Part shown: positions 49,445 to 61,756 of the stretch, one piece after another
Numbering within the stretch: the stretch's first letter is position 1
Layout: the number at the start of each line of letters is the position of its first letter
Origin: Lama guanicoe
Lineage: Eukaryota
DNA: 64,000 nucleotides
Direction: 5' to 3'
NCBI GenBank assembly: GCA_013239625.1
Contig: MU056000.1
Location: 13,157,175 to 13,221,174 of the forward strand
Notes under the pieces: generated by a model
Told to the model about the DNA's origin: nothing
Databases searched by the model: none
Seen by the model: the letters and a program-made list of their open reading frames with translations, nothing else
Program-made: the position numbers and the translations under genes

Positions 49445-49990
49445 TAGGCAGTCCTCACTTTGCACAGTTCTGAAATACGTAGATTTCAGCTACTGTGATT
49501 TACCTAACAGCAATTCCTCAACAATATAATTTGAATTTCAGTTACCATAGTATATACGCTGAGTAGTTGCATACAGTACAAACGTCATTGCTAGCTCTTT
49601 AGTCCACACGTCCCTATGTAAATAACAGATGTCCATAATGATCAATGAGCCATCGCTTCACTTCTTAGTGATTGGTCATCTTATAAGATGCATCGTAGTG
49701 GATCTTATTTAGTTTATGCACAGACAGCAAAGTGTGCGGTTGTGTTGCTAATTTGTCTCTCAGTGATAAACCCATGCGCCCATTGTAAAAAATACATAAT
49801 TGAAAGAGGAAATTGTCCAACAAAGATGAAAGTACAGCAAAGAAATACAAAGTGATAAATCTGGCAATAAAATTCTGATAGAATGTCAATAGAGTTATGG
49901 AAGATATAGCTGACCATGGGAATGTTGGCACTGACATGTTTGAGGAACTCTAGATATGCAGCCAGAGAAAGAGCAAAGACAAAATTATTG

Positions 49991-50036
<46 letters not shown>

Positions 50037-50450
50037 AGAGTGATTATAAGGAAAAGAAAGATGAAGATGTCCCAGCAGGAGGGAGTCAGAAAAAAAGCTT
50101 ACATTACAGGAATGCTCAGAGGTATTTCACAACATTTGAAGCACAAAGGAGGAAATGTTCGAAGCTAATTCAAACACTGCAAGTATCATAACATCATTCA
50201 CATGGTGAGAAGGCTGGAACTCTTCAAACTAGTCAATACATTTTTCACAAAGAATTGAAACACACTAATAGTGTTTCTAATGTTTTCAATTGCAGGGTAC
50301 TAACTACACCTTTTATGATTCTTTTCGTGTCTCGGTATGTTTATAAGCAACACTAAAATATATTTTAATGTTTAGACAAACATGTTTAAAAATCACAGAA
50401 CAATTGGATTTTTCCTTGGTTACCAAGGTTGCATTGCACAGCTTCTACAG
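49445..50450 (+). mobile_element. Tigger6a-like DNA transposon (TcMar-Tigger)
   Basis: Starts aggcagtcctcactttgcacagtt after TA. Contains aatttcagttacca, cagtgataaaccca, aaagatgaaagtacagcaaag and gatgaagatgtccca, matching the recalled Tigger6a consensus. Confidence 0.8.
49993..50032. repeat. (AC)20 microsatellite
   Basis: Direct count, perfect repeat. Confidence 0.97.
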
Positions 50451-50599
50451 ATCAGTAGTAATCTTTATAGTGTGAACAAAAAATACTGCAAACCATCCCA
50501 GTAAATAAAGAATGCTGAAACCATCAAGTCATCTGCGGCTGCCACCCCCCACCCCCAGTGGTGAAGACATCATCAATTCCTCTCCTCCACTTCCTGGCA

Positions 50600-50690
50600 A
50601 GGTTATTACAAGATATTGAACATAGTTCCCTGTGCTAACATTTGTAAATCTCAAACTCCCAAATTTATCTTCTCCCACATCCTTTCCCCT
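50600..50690 (-). mobile_element. Short camelid-type L1 3' UTR internal fragment
   Basis: The reverse complement aligns with L1 copies at ~19365-19498 and ~32800-32932, apart from an internal gap. Confidence 0.85.
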
Positions 50691-50939
50691 GTAGAATGGA
50701 TCAATGAAGATTCTCAGAGCAAAATCCAGGAAAATCCTCATGCTGGACAGTGGGTTGTGTACTTCTCTTACATTCTTTGTGCGATGACTTTATTAAAGTC
50801 CTTTCAAAAAAACAGAAATAAACCTCAACGTAGCAAGTTTTAAGTGACAAATGAAAACATCCTAAGTTATGCAAAAGGTTCACTGTACTTGGGTCCCAAA
50901 AGTGGTAGGGGTACTTCATTCTTGTGGAAAGTATTAATT

Positions 50940-51090
50940 CTGATGTCTAGTGACCTGGGATTTCTCCTTACCAAATCAATCGTGGAAGAGTGACCTTGTA
51001 AAAATCATGTAATTCCTCTCATTCCTGTTTCTTCTTAGTGAAATATTGAGAATAGTCTTTTGGTCTTATTTAGAGATTTAGTTGTAACAC
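50940..51090 (+). mobile_element. MIR fragment
   Basis: gacctgggatt...gtgaccttgtaaaaatcatgtaattcctctc...tgtttcttct. Confidence 0.5.
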
Positions 51091-51519
51091 CAGATTTTAT
51101 TTATTTCCTTTTTTTAAAACATGGGGATTCTTTGTATGTTTTAATAGATATTTAGTGGTTTGAGGCATTGCATATGTCTTCTTGGTTCCTTTTCACGATG
51201 CTTTATATTTTCTTGCTACTCTTTATTCCTCCTATGGAAACTCCAAATTAGGACATAAGCAACCATTAATTGTTTGAGACCAATTTTATTCCAAATGCTC
51301 TTTGATTTAACCAGCACAGAAGAAAGGGACCCTGACCTAAACAAGATTTTTAATTATATTTATTTATTTATGTATTCCATTGTTTGTTCATTTAGTCTTT
51401 TTAACTAATTGACTTCTTTCAGTTGAGGAATGACCCCACATAGGCTGGATATTTTGGAGGCAAGATCTAATTCTTTTTCTTTTCCATAGATATCAGGTAA
51501 CAATGTTTTCTTTCAAAAA

Positions 51520-51635
51520 TTTCACAATAATACTACGAATTAGTCACTGTAATCCCTACAAAAGAGAAAATTCAAATTTAATGATATTAATTAATTACCT
51601 TTCAGGTTCACACAGCTAATAGGTTGTCAAGAGAC
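51520..51635 (-). mobile_element. MIR fragment
   Basis: ttcacaataatacta...aggttcacacagctaataggt is the antisense MIR core. Confidence 0.5.
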
Positions 51636-52854
51636 TCTATAGATCGTATATATAATTCTATTATATATAGAATTATATGTTACTCTTCTAAGGATACATA
51701 TGTTGCTGTAAATAGTCTTGCTTTAGAACTGAATGACATAGTGCCATTAAATCTACCAAGATAAAGACATTTTAGTGAAAGAGTTTAATGTCTCCTGGAA
51801 AAGGTGTTCCATTACATCAAATCTATGTGAATGTACCACCAGAATAAATATAAACATACACACACTTTGTAATATGTCATCTAGAACTGTACTGCATTCT
51901 GTTTGTTCCCTGAGCCTTTTGAAGAGACATCACCACCACAAGTGATGGAGCAGGAATCTTTGTCTATCATGGAATGTTGAAGTGGAATCATCTGGCATTT
52001 GTACAATATTAACATAATACATAGGGTTAAAATTCTGTTTGCGATTATGATAGAAATGAAAATATAAAACAGGTGACAGACTCTATATGCAAATTATTCT
52101 CTGAGAATTTTTTTCTTTTAAGAAAAAGAAAATCCATTTAACCTAGGTTACTGTTAGACAGTGTATGTGTATCAGAGGTAACTCTGAACCAATCAAGGAA
52201 GCCAGAGTGGAAGAGATTTTCATTTAATGAAATAATCATCTCAAGTGTGATGGAGTAGATTCGTCAGTAAGTCATTCAGCCATCAAGAGAAAAGGGTACT
52301 TAGAAGATAGGTGAAAAATAGATAGGTCCTACTCAAAGGCTCTTTTCTCTCCACAAATCAACACCCTCTCCTCCCATTTACTTATAATAGTTCAGAGAAG
52401 AGGGGTTAGTTTGCTAAGCTAGTTTCTGATCTGATGAAGGGGATCTGAGAGGGCATAATAAAAGCTCTACATCACATTCATAAATCGATGCTGGCATACT
52501 AGAGGTGCAACAAACTGTTAGGAAGGCCCTCTGAGAATTAAACCTGCTAAAGCTATGATAGAAGTCCAGAGCAGCCCTTGGAAAAGACTTACTATCTAGA
52601 AGAATGCATTACCTGCCTGTGTGCAATCATTCAGATCCTCAGAGAGAATCCATGTCCATCCTGCTAACATTGGCAGTCTGGAAATAGGAGTCCTCAAATG
52701 AGAAATCTGGGTTATTAGTGGCACTCATTTTGTTTTATAATGATGAATAAATAGTTGCCTTTTAAATTTTTGAAACTACTTATGAGTGTTTAATTTGGTA
52801 AATGTAATTATTATGTATAGTTTTTCTAGAAAATAGTTAAAATATATACAAATA

Positions 52855-53280
52855 AACCATTGACACAAGCAAGATAGTGAACATTTCGTCCCCAACCCCG
52901 ATTTTCCTCATGCCCACTTATGATCACCCCCCGTCTCCCTCTGCCTCGCTCATCCTTAAGCAACCATCAGTCTGATTTCTGTCATCATAGATTAGTTTTC
53001 ATATCTGAAATGTTACATAAGTGGAGTCATAAGAGTATACTCTCTTTTTTGTCTGATTTCTTTCACTCAACATAGTTGTAAGGAAATTCATCCATGTTGC
53101 AATGTGTGTCAATAGATTGTTGGTTTTTATTGCTAATGAAAGAGATTCCATTGTCTGGATATTACACATTTTGTTTATTAACTCTTCTGTTGATCAACCT
53201 TTGGATTGTTTCCACTCTTTGGCTGTTACAGATGAAGCTACTATGAATATTCACGTGAAAGTCTTTGTAACAATAGATAC
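52855..53280 (-). mobile_element. Old L1 3' end (L1MC1/L1MD-like)
   Basis: tttctttcactcaacata...attcatccatgttg...ttggattgtttccactctttggctgttaca...ctatgaatattc. Confidence 0.85.
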
Positions 53281-53284
53281 AAAA

Positions 53285-53480
53285 AGTCTCCCAAGGCAAT
53301 AAACTTAGGCAATTGCAGGGCCCCCCTTGTTTACTCCCCTCCTCTCAGGGATCATTATTCTTCATTTCTTGATGGCTAGATTTTGAAAACAACTTTTCTA
53401 ATACATTTTATTGTTGTTTCATCAAATAGAAGGGTAAATCTGGTCCCTTTTCCTCCTTTTCTTTCTGAAATAAAGATCCC
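53285..53480 (-). mobile_element. Old L1 extreme 5' end (L1MC/L1MD-like)
   Basis: ggcaattgcagggc...cctctcagggatca...agggtaaatctggtccct is the antisense of the L1M 5' terminus (agggaccagatttaccct). Confidence 0.7.
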
Positions 53481-53499
53481 CAAAGTTTTCCTGTTTTTC

Positions 53500-56400
53500 A
53501 AGTGATATATGTTTCAGTGATACAGATAACAAGACATTGTTTTGGCCGCGGAGATCACACTAGTGGTCTTCATAGAGATTCTTCTATTGGCTTTTGTCAT
53601 AAACTCTAACAGTGTCATATCCTGCCATAGACACCACAGTTACAGTAGCATCTCCCTGTTGTACACAGCAAAAAGCAGTGTGCTTGCACTTCAGCCTGGC
53701 CCTGCTGCACAGTGCTTTCCTCTGTGTCTCATTCAAAGTGACAGCCATCTTTGTCATGCAGTAATTGATTTGGAACTACATTCCCAGATCTGTGGTAAGA
53801 TGCTGCCACTACCTGAAGAAACCTAACAAGAAATCTCTTCTTTCTTAGTGGAGGAAAATTTAATATGCAGTAAATGATTCGGATTTTATTTGGAGGGAAG
53901 TTTTCAGCATTCCCAAATAATTCATTCCCCAAAACCTCGTTGATGTCCTTCTAAATCTTCTTAGTTTTTAATCTTTCAATCTCTGAAGCACGTATAGCTC
54001 TTTAAGACCCTTAATATATGTACTTCTTGGTCATTTGGTCCAAACAACACAATATAATAAAAATAGTGGACACTATGTTATTCTGTGGGCTGAACGTATG
54101 GTCTAGTTCCTTTTGAACTAAATTTCTACAAAGGTGAAGGAGTTAATGTAGTTCTGAGGCAAGAATGTAGCTGTATAGTGCTGTCTATCTCATATGACTT
54201 TGAACTGCTTCTAATCATTCTTTCTCATTGGGAAGGAAAAGGTGATGATTGTACACCACATATCTCAATCCATGTTGACTGGCAGAAGAGCTTCAAGTAG
54301 GACTTCATCTTGGTTGAGTTTATATGATGCCAAGTCATCTTCCAGGTCCATTTGGTTTGTAGGGGCCAAAAGAGTGAATTAAATGGGGATGCAGTGGAAG
54401 ACACAATCACTGAATCATGTGGGTCTTTAAGGTAGGTTTAGTAGAGAGTCATTTCCCTTGGATGTGATATTGTTTTGAGTCTCTTCTCTTGAACAATAAC
54501 CTGGGTGATTTCGGAGACTTCTACTTGGCCTTCCCCATTATATTAGCTCCTTGTTCATAGACCAAGAAAAATCACAGGGTGGTTCTGCCAATGATAAAAT
54601 AAAATGTGTCTGTCTCAATTATGAACTTGGAGACTAGGGAAATGACTACTGAGTTGTTCCATAGACCTATTGACTCACCATAAACCAGACCAGACATGGT
54701 TCTATATTTGTTACCAGATCAATATGTTACCTGTCTGTGGTGGGCAGGAAAAAAAACACCCTAAAGATGTTTGTGTCCTAAGCACTAGACTCTGGACATA
54801 TGTTGTTATATAGTAATAGGGAATTAAGGGGAAGATGAAATTAAGGTCGTTAATCAGCTGGAGATGGGACAATTATTTTGAATTACCTGGGGTGACCCAA
54901 TGCAATTATAGAAATCCTTAAAAATGGAAAAAAGAGACAGAGGAAATATGCTGACATTTTGGAATCAAAGCCAAAGAAGTATGTGTGTGAATTCAATCAT
55001 GTGTTGCTGGCTTGAAGTTGGAAGAAGAGGGTTATGAGCCACAGAATGTGGGTAGGTGGGTGGCTTCTAGAGGATGGAAAGGCAAAAAAAAAAACAAAAC
55101 AATTCTCCCCTAAAGCCTTCAGAAAGGAGCACAAACTTGGCAATAACCTGGGTGAGAACAGTGAGACCTATTTCAAATATCTAACTTCTAGAACTATAAG
55201 ATAATAAGTGTGTTCTACTGTAAGCCCCCAAGATTGCAATAATGTGTTACAGCAGCCGTAGAAAACTAACATCCCCCTTTAATAGGAGACCATGGTGATA
55301 TTTCATTTCTTGTGTAGTAATGTCAGCTTTAACCCTCTATCCACATTTCTCAGAATAGCTGAGTTTTTACATTTCCCCAGTTGGCAGATACTCTTGTAAA
55401 GGCTATATTTCACTTTAGGAAAGAATAAGTTGGACCGTTACCACATTCATTGGTATGGCATTATAGCATCCTTTCTTCTGGAGAGTTGGACATCCTTTAG
55501 TCACAGGGTTCTGAGTCTGGAAACTGCGTTAAATGATAATAACAATAATAAAACTAGACAAGTTATTGAGATGGTTTTTAACTGAATAAGCTGCATTCAA
55601 CCTTCTGAACCATACATCCTTGATTTCTTCCTATATGTGAAACACTTCTTTTGTTGAATATGCATCATTCTTGCCCTAGGCTTGTGGGATTTTTTTTAAC
55701 CATCCTTAAAACTCATTGCAGGTCAGACACCCCCTTGGTGCCAATCAGATGTTGCTACTCATTAAAATAATTTTGCTCATCTTACTTCTGATTAAGAGTC
55801 ACCACCTTGTGACCTCTATGATTTGAGAGATCTATTTCCTCGTTATCAGGGAATCCCAGTCTGCAGCAACATCTCATCCCTTCAGCCCTCACTAAAGAAA
55901 GCCACTAATGAGCTTGTCTATGATGCTGGGGCCCCTCTCAGCTGTGTTTCACTAAACATTGTGGTAAATGTGTTGTCTTCCAGGTCCTGCTACAGAACAT
56001 AGTTGAGTGATGGAGTTCCTTGTCTTATATGTCATTCCACTTTCTTTGAACACTTCTTCCCCTCTGTGCCATTTTGACACTTCTGTCTCACTTAGTGTGG
56101 ATCATCACGTCTTTCAAGCTTTTGAAAGTCATCCTGCAGCATATTTGCACTGGCTTCTGAGACTCTGTTATAATATTAGCTTCTAGATCACAGAGGAGTG
56201 CTTTCATACAGTTAACCTCTCCTTTACCCAGTTTTATATCCTGCCATCTCCCCTTGTTCTGGCCAGCTCAGAATCCAGCCCTATGCAAACTCCATCAGAT
56301 ACTGTCAATCAGTGTTAACTAGGTCCTTGGCCCCTTTATGGCATTGTTCCTTTGCTCCTGTTGTGATCTAGCATCTCCATGACAGGGTTATGTTGCGATT

Positions 56401-57141
56401 TTACCTTAGTTAATGGCCTGATGGCCAAGAGAAGAGGTGAAGTCAAAGGGGGATGCACGAGGGAAGCCCTTTACTTTTATAAGAAGGAGTGGACCACATT
56501 TGCAGGCCCAGAAGAAACAAGAAATACTGGGTTTCAATACATTCAAGTGCAGAGCCGAGATGTTCCCAGCCCAAACTTCAGAATCACATGTCACATTAGG
56601 AACTTGACATTTTCATAGTTGACCTGCTTGCTTTGATGACTCAACCTTCTGCTAAGCTCTGTTAACCCTATATTTTGCCCTGGACTTGATCCTCACATTT
56701 TTTTCTGCCCTGAGAGTATAAGAGATGAGAGTTGCATTATAAGCTGCCAAGGAGCCCCCTGGCTTTCACATTCTGCTTCCTGGGTTTGATTAATCGCACT
56801 GAGCCTCCCACTGTTTCCCTGCAAGGCTCTCACAGCTCCCAGCTCGTCAAAATATGAATCTTCAGTCTTTGCAGTGAGCATCTCTTACACGTGCACAAAC
56901 GCTTAAGATGTCACACCCATCGGGTGGTCTTCTCTGCTTCCCGCCGCGCGATGCACCAGCAGCAGAAGTTTTCACAGTTGCCCTGCAGCAGCTTTGTGGT
57001 CGCACTGCAGCATGATTCGGGCTGAGATCCAGTTCTGTCTTCAACTGGCGATGGGGCTCTCACGGTGCATCTGCTGGCAGGGGCTGCAGCTCCAAAGTCA
57101 CATTTTAGGGTCTCCTTCCTAGGACCACACTTGACTCCAAA
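53500..57141 (-). mobile_element. ERVL internal region (HERV16-like gag-pro-pol remnant), pseudogenic, interrupted by MLT1D
   Basis: ORF 54225-54410(-) reads STASPFNSLFWPLQ...WKMT, resembling ERVL RT TSPFNSPIWPVQK..WRMT. Protease/RT junction-like sequence at ~54520-54700. PBS-like leader abuts LTR16C at 57141. Left boundary approximate. Confidence 0.75.
54736..55271 (+). mobile_element. MLT1D-like MaLR solo LTR
   Basis: Starts tgtggtgggcag, contains aattaaggtcgttaatcagctg and attctcccctaaagccttcagaaagg, ends cagcagccgtagaaaactaaca. Confidence 0.88.
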
Positions 57142-57585
57142 TCTCTGAGGTTTGGTTTCCTGGGAAAAAATTCTGAGGGAAAGATCTGCATGCAGGTCCA
57201 GTTAGTTCAATCCTCTCTGAATTAACACATGCAAGGAAGAGAAGCAGGGGGACCCAAGATGGGGCAGAGGGAGAATTTTTGACTGTGATGCAATGACAGC
57301 AGGATCTTCAGCTGGCTGATAACACGTAGAGCTCTGAGCTACATCTCATGGAGACCTCTTTGTTGAGCGCCTGTGGCTGGTCCTCCGTGTTCCCGTATCA
57401 ATCAGTCATTGGTATGTGCTGTTCTGGGGAAGGTTTTGTAACCTTGGGTGAGGGAGCTCCCGTGAGTTTGGAAATAGCAGCAACAATTCGGTCTATGGTG
57501 TCAGGAGCTGACAACCCTGACAGCCAGGCCACAAGTGTTTCCACCTTGGAAGGGAGATCCAAAATGTGCTCACAGTGCCACTGCA
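57142..57585 (-). mobile_element. LTR16C-like LTR (5' LTR of the ERVL provirus)
   Basis: gatctgcatgcagg, gggcagagggaga...actgtgatgca, cagtcattgg and aaccttgggtgagg; ends ccactgca. Confidence 0.82.
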
Positions 57586-58244
57586 GGTGTCAGTGGCACC
57601 CTTCTCTGACTCCTGCAGCAGATGCAAACCTTGTTTTTATTGTCAGTACACTGTAATATTCAGTTTCTGAGAGTGATGGTGGATACGCTTGTGCTACTCA
57701 ACAGTATGACTGTTAAATCAATTTGAGATCCGCTGCAGTTTGGCCTCATTCTACATTTTTATCACTGTCCTTCAGTATTACTCTTATATAATAAGCATTA
57801 TCCTCCAGCCACACTGGCTACATCTAATTTTCCCTTCACTGTCCCCCAGCTTCTGTTTCTACTGCAGTTATCTCTCTGGAGTAACCATATTCCTTATATT
57901 TATACATGTTTAAGACACCTAACTATAGTTTACAGCAAAGGCACTGACCTTCTATCTTATTTCTGAACAATAAACACTTGAATTATTAAGTCACTGAGGT
58001 GATCAGTTATAGAGTGGGAAAGAAACAACTCAACCAAGTACAATATTTTTGAAATAAAAACAATTGATCATAATTCATATTGGGAGACATTGAATATTCC
58101 AGTGGCTCGTTCTGTCTAAGAGGCAGGAAGTTAATAGGTTAAACCAGGCAGAAAACATTTGTGTGGTCAGTTTGTTTTCCAAGCTGTATAAGTGATAGTG
58201 GTAGCCTGGGTTTGAGATGTTGGGGTGTTTAATTACATTTGTAA

Positions 58245-58787
58245 GAGATAATTAGTCACGGCATGTAGGACAGCGAGGATAATATAAACCCCACTACGTA
58301 TTTTCACAGAGTGAATTGTGCATAAGGATTTGTACAGAACTGGAGACGTGGAGGCACACAAAGAGGTCACTTAGGTAGCCCAGAAATGATAACCCAGAGG
58401 CTACAGGGCAGCCTCTGTCCCTAGGACTGAGGCCACAAAGGGATGATTTGGTATTAATTAGAATTTAGAAGCTCAGCAGAGGTTTCTCATGGAAGTTGGA
58501 TTCAGATCTCTCAGAAAGCAGAGAAATTCACTGGCTTATCGGACACAGCGAGGCTGGTTTGGAGAGTGCTGTGGCGCACCTGCCAGGGACTGCAGGAACA
58601 CACGAAGTCAGGTGCCATTGCGCTCGGCCTGTCTTCCAGGATTCCTGGATGCCACCTATTAGCCAAGGCTGGCCCGTAGTCAGCTGGTAAAGAGAGTTGT
58701 AATTTGCAGAGTCGCAGCCCCAGTGTCACAAAGCAGGGTATAAAGGGACAACTTTGGAGCAATAGAAGCTAGTTTATAATCGGCCTA
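58245..58787 (-). mobile_element. LTR41-like ERVL solo LTR
   Basis: tttgcagagtcgcagccccagtgtcacaaagcagggtataaaggg...ttggagc matches the recalled LTR41 terminus. Confidence 0.65.
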
Positions 58788-59262
58788 ATGTTGCGGGAGC
58801 TCAGATCTGGTAAAGTGCACACACGTGCTCTGTAACAGTCAAGGCAGAGCTCAGATGGACACCGTCATTAGTCTGGCCACGCTACCGAATTGTGAAGCCA
58901 GGAATAAACTGTTTGAGCTTCTTTTCTCTTGTAAGGCTATTCTCTTACATTTCACTTCACACCAGGCTTCTCTAAGAACTTTCAGGATAGATCACTTTAC
59001 TCTCAGTTCTGCTATAAAATCAAATATGGCTTCCTGACTCCCAAGAGGTTAATTTTAGTGTCCGTACTCCCCTTTCAATGTATAGATGTTGTCATGAGTG
59101 CTTTGTATCTTTGACATAAGTTCCACTCTACCTAGTACTGATTTGTGAAACAAATTCTTTACTATTTGAGCAGGTAATGTTTAACAGCTACAAAGATTAA
59201 TGTCCAATATATATTCAACTTACGCAAAATAGAAGATTTGTATGAATGCGCATAACTCTTAT

Positions 59263-59398
59263 TGAGAGAGAGAGAAGGATTCAGGGAGATCGATAAAGAG
59301 AGAGAAACTGAGAGACAGAGACAGAAACTGAGAGACAGAGACTGAGACGCAGAGAGAAAGAGTGAGATTAAGCAGAAAGACAAACTATTCAGGGAGAT
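59263..59398. repeat. AG-rich low-complexity tract with a 20-bp tandem duplication
   Basis: AGAAACTGAGAGACAGAGAC occurs at 59303-59322 and 59323-59342. Confidence 0.85.
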
Positions 59399-59580
59399 GT
59401 AGGCAAACTTCCGTGAAAATGACATTTGATGTGAAATGTGAGAGTGAGTAAGAGTTAAACTAGTTCAGGGAAGGGGAGAACTAATAATACTCTAGGAGAC
59501 AGCGTGATGGAAGTTCCCAGGAGAGCAGAGATGGGAGTGAACCTGGTATGTTTAAGTCACTAAAAAAAGTTGTGCAGTAA
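59395..59580 (-). mobile_element. L2 fragment
   Basis: tgacatttgatgtgaaatgtga...gagtaagagtta...ctggtatgttt. Confidence 0.55.
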
Positions 59581-61642
59581 ATAATATTGAATAAGAGCAT
59601 TAAAGGGAAAAATTGTAGGAGCTCTGAAATGGATCAAAATATCTTTGAATATCTTTAGAGAAAAATAAAGCATTTCTAAGCATGGTCCTTGTGGTTGTTC
59701 TGATTCCACAGAAGCTCTGAGCCTTTCCTTGTCTTTGATATCTTTTTCAGTTTTCAAAATTGAAAGTAACCAATTCATTGCTGCTGAGAGAATGCAAATT
59801 GTTTCACTGAAACACAATTGATTAGCTATTGGCATCTTATGCATATTGAGACTTTTTCTATCTTTGTATCTATTTGTACATTCATTCAGCATCCCTAATG
59901 TTTATATGTGTGTCTGCCTTTGGATTCTTCTTATTTTTACAAGAATAATGATTTTTTTTTAAAAAAAATCTTTACTTTGGAACATATGTTATTATTTTAA
60001 AAACTTCATTTCCTTTTACTCTAGAAATAAATGCTTCTTTTGTGTAGATGTAAAACACACATTCACGTAAATACCTGATGAATCTTCCTCTCAGGATTTT
60101 AAGGAGTTCCAAAGAGTTACATAGTTCAAATAGCTGATAGACGACACATCATTTCTTTAAGACAGACTCCAATATTTTTGCATTTCAATGTCTATGGAAC
60201 GCAGAAAACTCGTTCAATTTAATTTTTAATTGCAGGCTGTCATATTTCTTGGTGGTGTTTTTCAGAATATTCATTGGTTTTCCATTGCTACACCTTTCAC
60301 CAATTTTTTAGGGTTTTTTGGCTATATATCTAGTAAGTATCCTCCTAAAGAAGTAAAAGACTAATGGTCTACTTCAATTTTCTTTGTGATGTATCTGTCA
60401 TAGAAAAAATGGCACAAAGCAAATCCAATTTTCTCACTGGGTCTATAAGTGCTGATTTTGCTTGGACTAAACCAATGCTTATTCTTTTGCATCAGAAAAT
60501 TGTTATCCAAGTGTACTGAAAAAGAAAATTTTAGGTTCGGTGCAATCTTAGCTAGGGAGAGAGATGTATATCACAATGGGACAGTGATGCCTCATTCAAG
60601 TTATTGTATGTGTCTCAACATCAACTTGTAACTGTCTTTGTAAATAACACACAAAATCATTAAGGCTAATTAATACAGGTGAAATTTTCTGAGATCACAC
60701 TTTTGCCACTTCAGGTTGTAAGTTAAGGTAAAAGAAATACGAATATTTTATAAGGCAGTGTTTGCAAAATAAATACTTTAAGAAATAAAAAGTTACAGGC
60801 TACACGACTTCTTTTTCCTACAGATATCTTAATCATCCCAAATTTACAGGTTGGTAATTCATATTTTGAGAAAAAACATCTCTTATAGTCAAGGTGCTAT
60901 CTATCTACAAGTCAAGGTAGCTCTATATAGAGGATATTTACCATATGGAAATAATTTCTTAGTGATAATGTGTAATACTAATTTGCACATAGACATTAAA
61001 AGCAAAATACACTAATCACATTTTAAGACTCTACATATTTCTGTGACCTTGGGATAGATTTTTCTATTAATGATTTTATAATGATTTCTATCATTAAATA
61101 TTTAAAAAAGCAAAGTGGTTTGTGTTTAGATTTTGTGCAACCTAGACATATAATATAAAACTATATATATTATATTTTCTTTATTAAACTGTACTTGGTC
61201 TGCCCTTATGAAATTTAACACTTCCTCCAACTTCAGTCAGCTGTGAACAGCTGCATACAACAAGCAGTGGGTGTAGAGGCTTTGGATGATGAGATGAGAG
61301 AGAATAAGAAGGTGGTCATAGTGCATCTTTGTGAGGAAGAACAATGCATTTAATTTGCAAAGCACAAGTTATTTGCTTTGAGTGAGTAGATCTGGGTTAT
61401 GTGTTTGCATGAATTAACATATTGACAGAAGTATATTTTTATAATGTTTTTTATATTATTTTAAGTAAGTGTTGAATAATAGTTAGAAAACCTTGAAATA
61501 TACACAATACATGTAATTGTTAATTTTTTGTATGGGAAACAGCACAAGCTTTGGATCCAGACAGACTCTATATAACAGACTTAAAACACTCACATAATAG
61601 ATGGTTTTACAAATGCAAGAAGATGTTTAAAGAAATAGTCAT

Positions 61643-61756
61643 GAAAATGAATATATGTACGCTCCTATATGACTGAAGCATTGTGCTGTACACCAGAAAT
61701 TGACACAACATTGTGAACTGACTGTACTTCAGTAAAAATATATAAATGAGGGGAAA
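61643..61756 (+). mobile_element. Camelid-type L1 extreme 3' tail
   Basis: Perfect 14-bp TSD AAAGAAATAGTCAT (61629-61642 and 61757-61770) at a TT/AAAG endonuclease-type site. Body gaatatatgta...ttgacacaacattgt. Confidence 0.93.
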
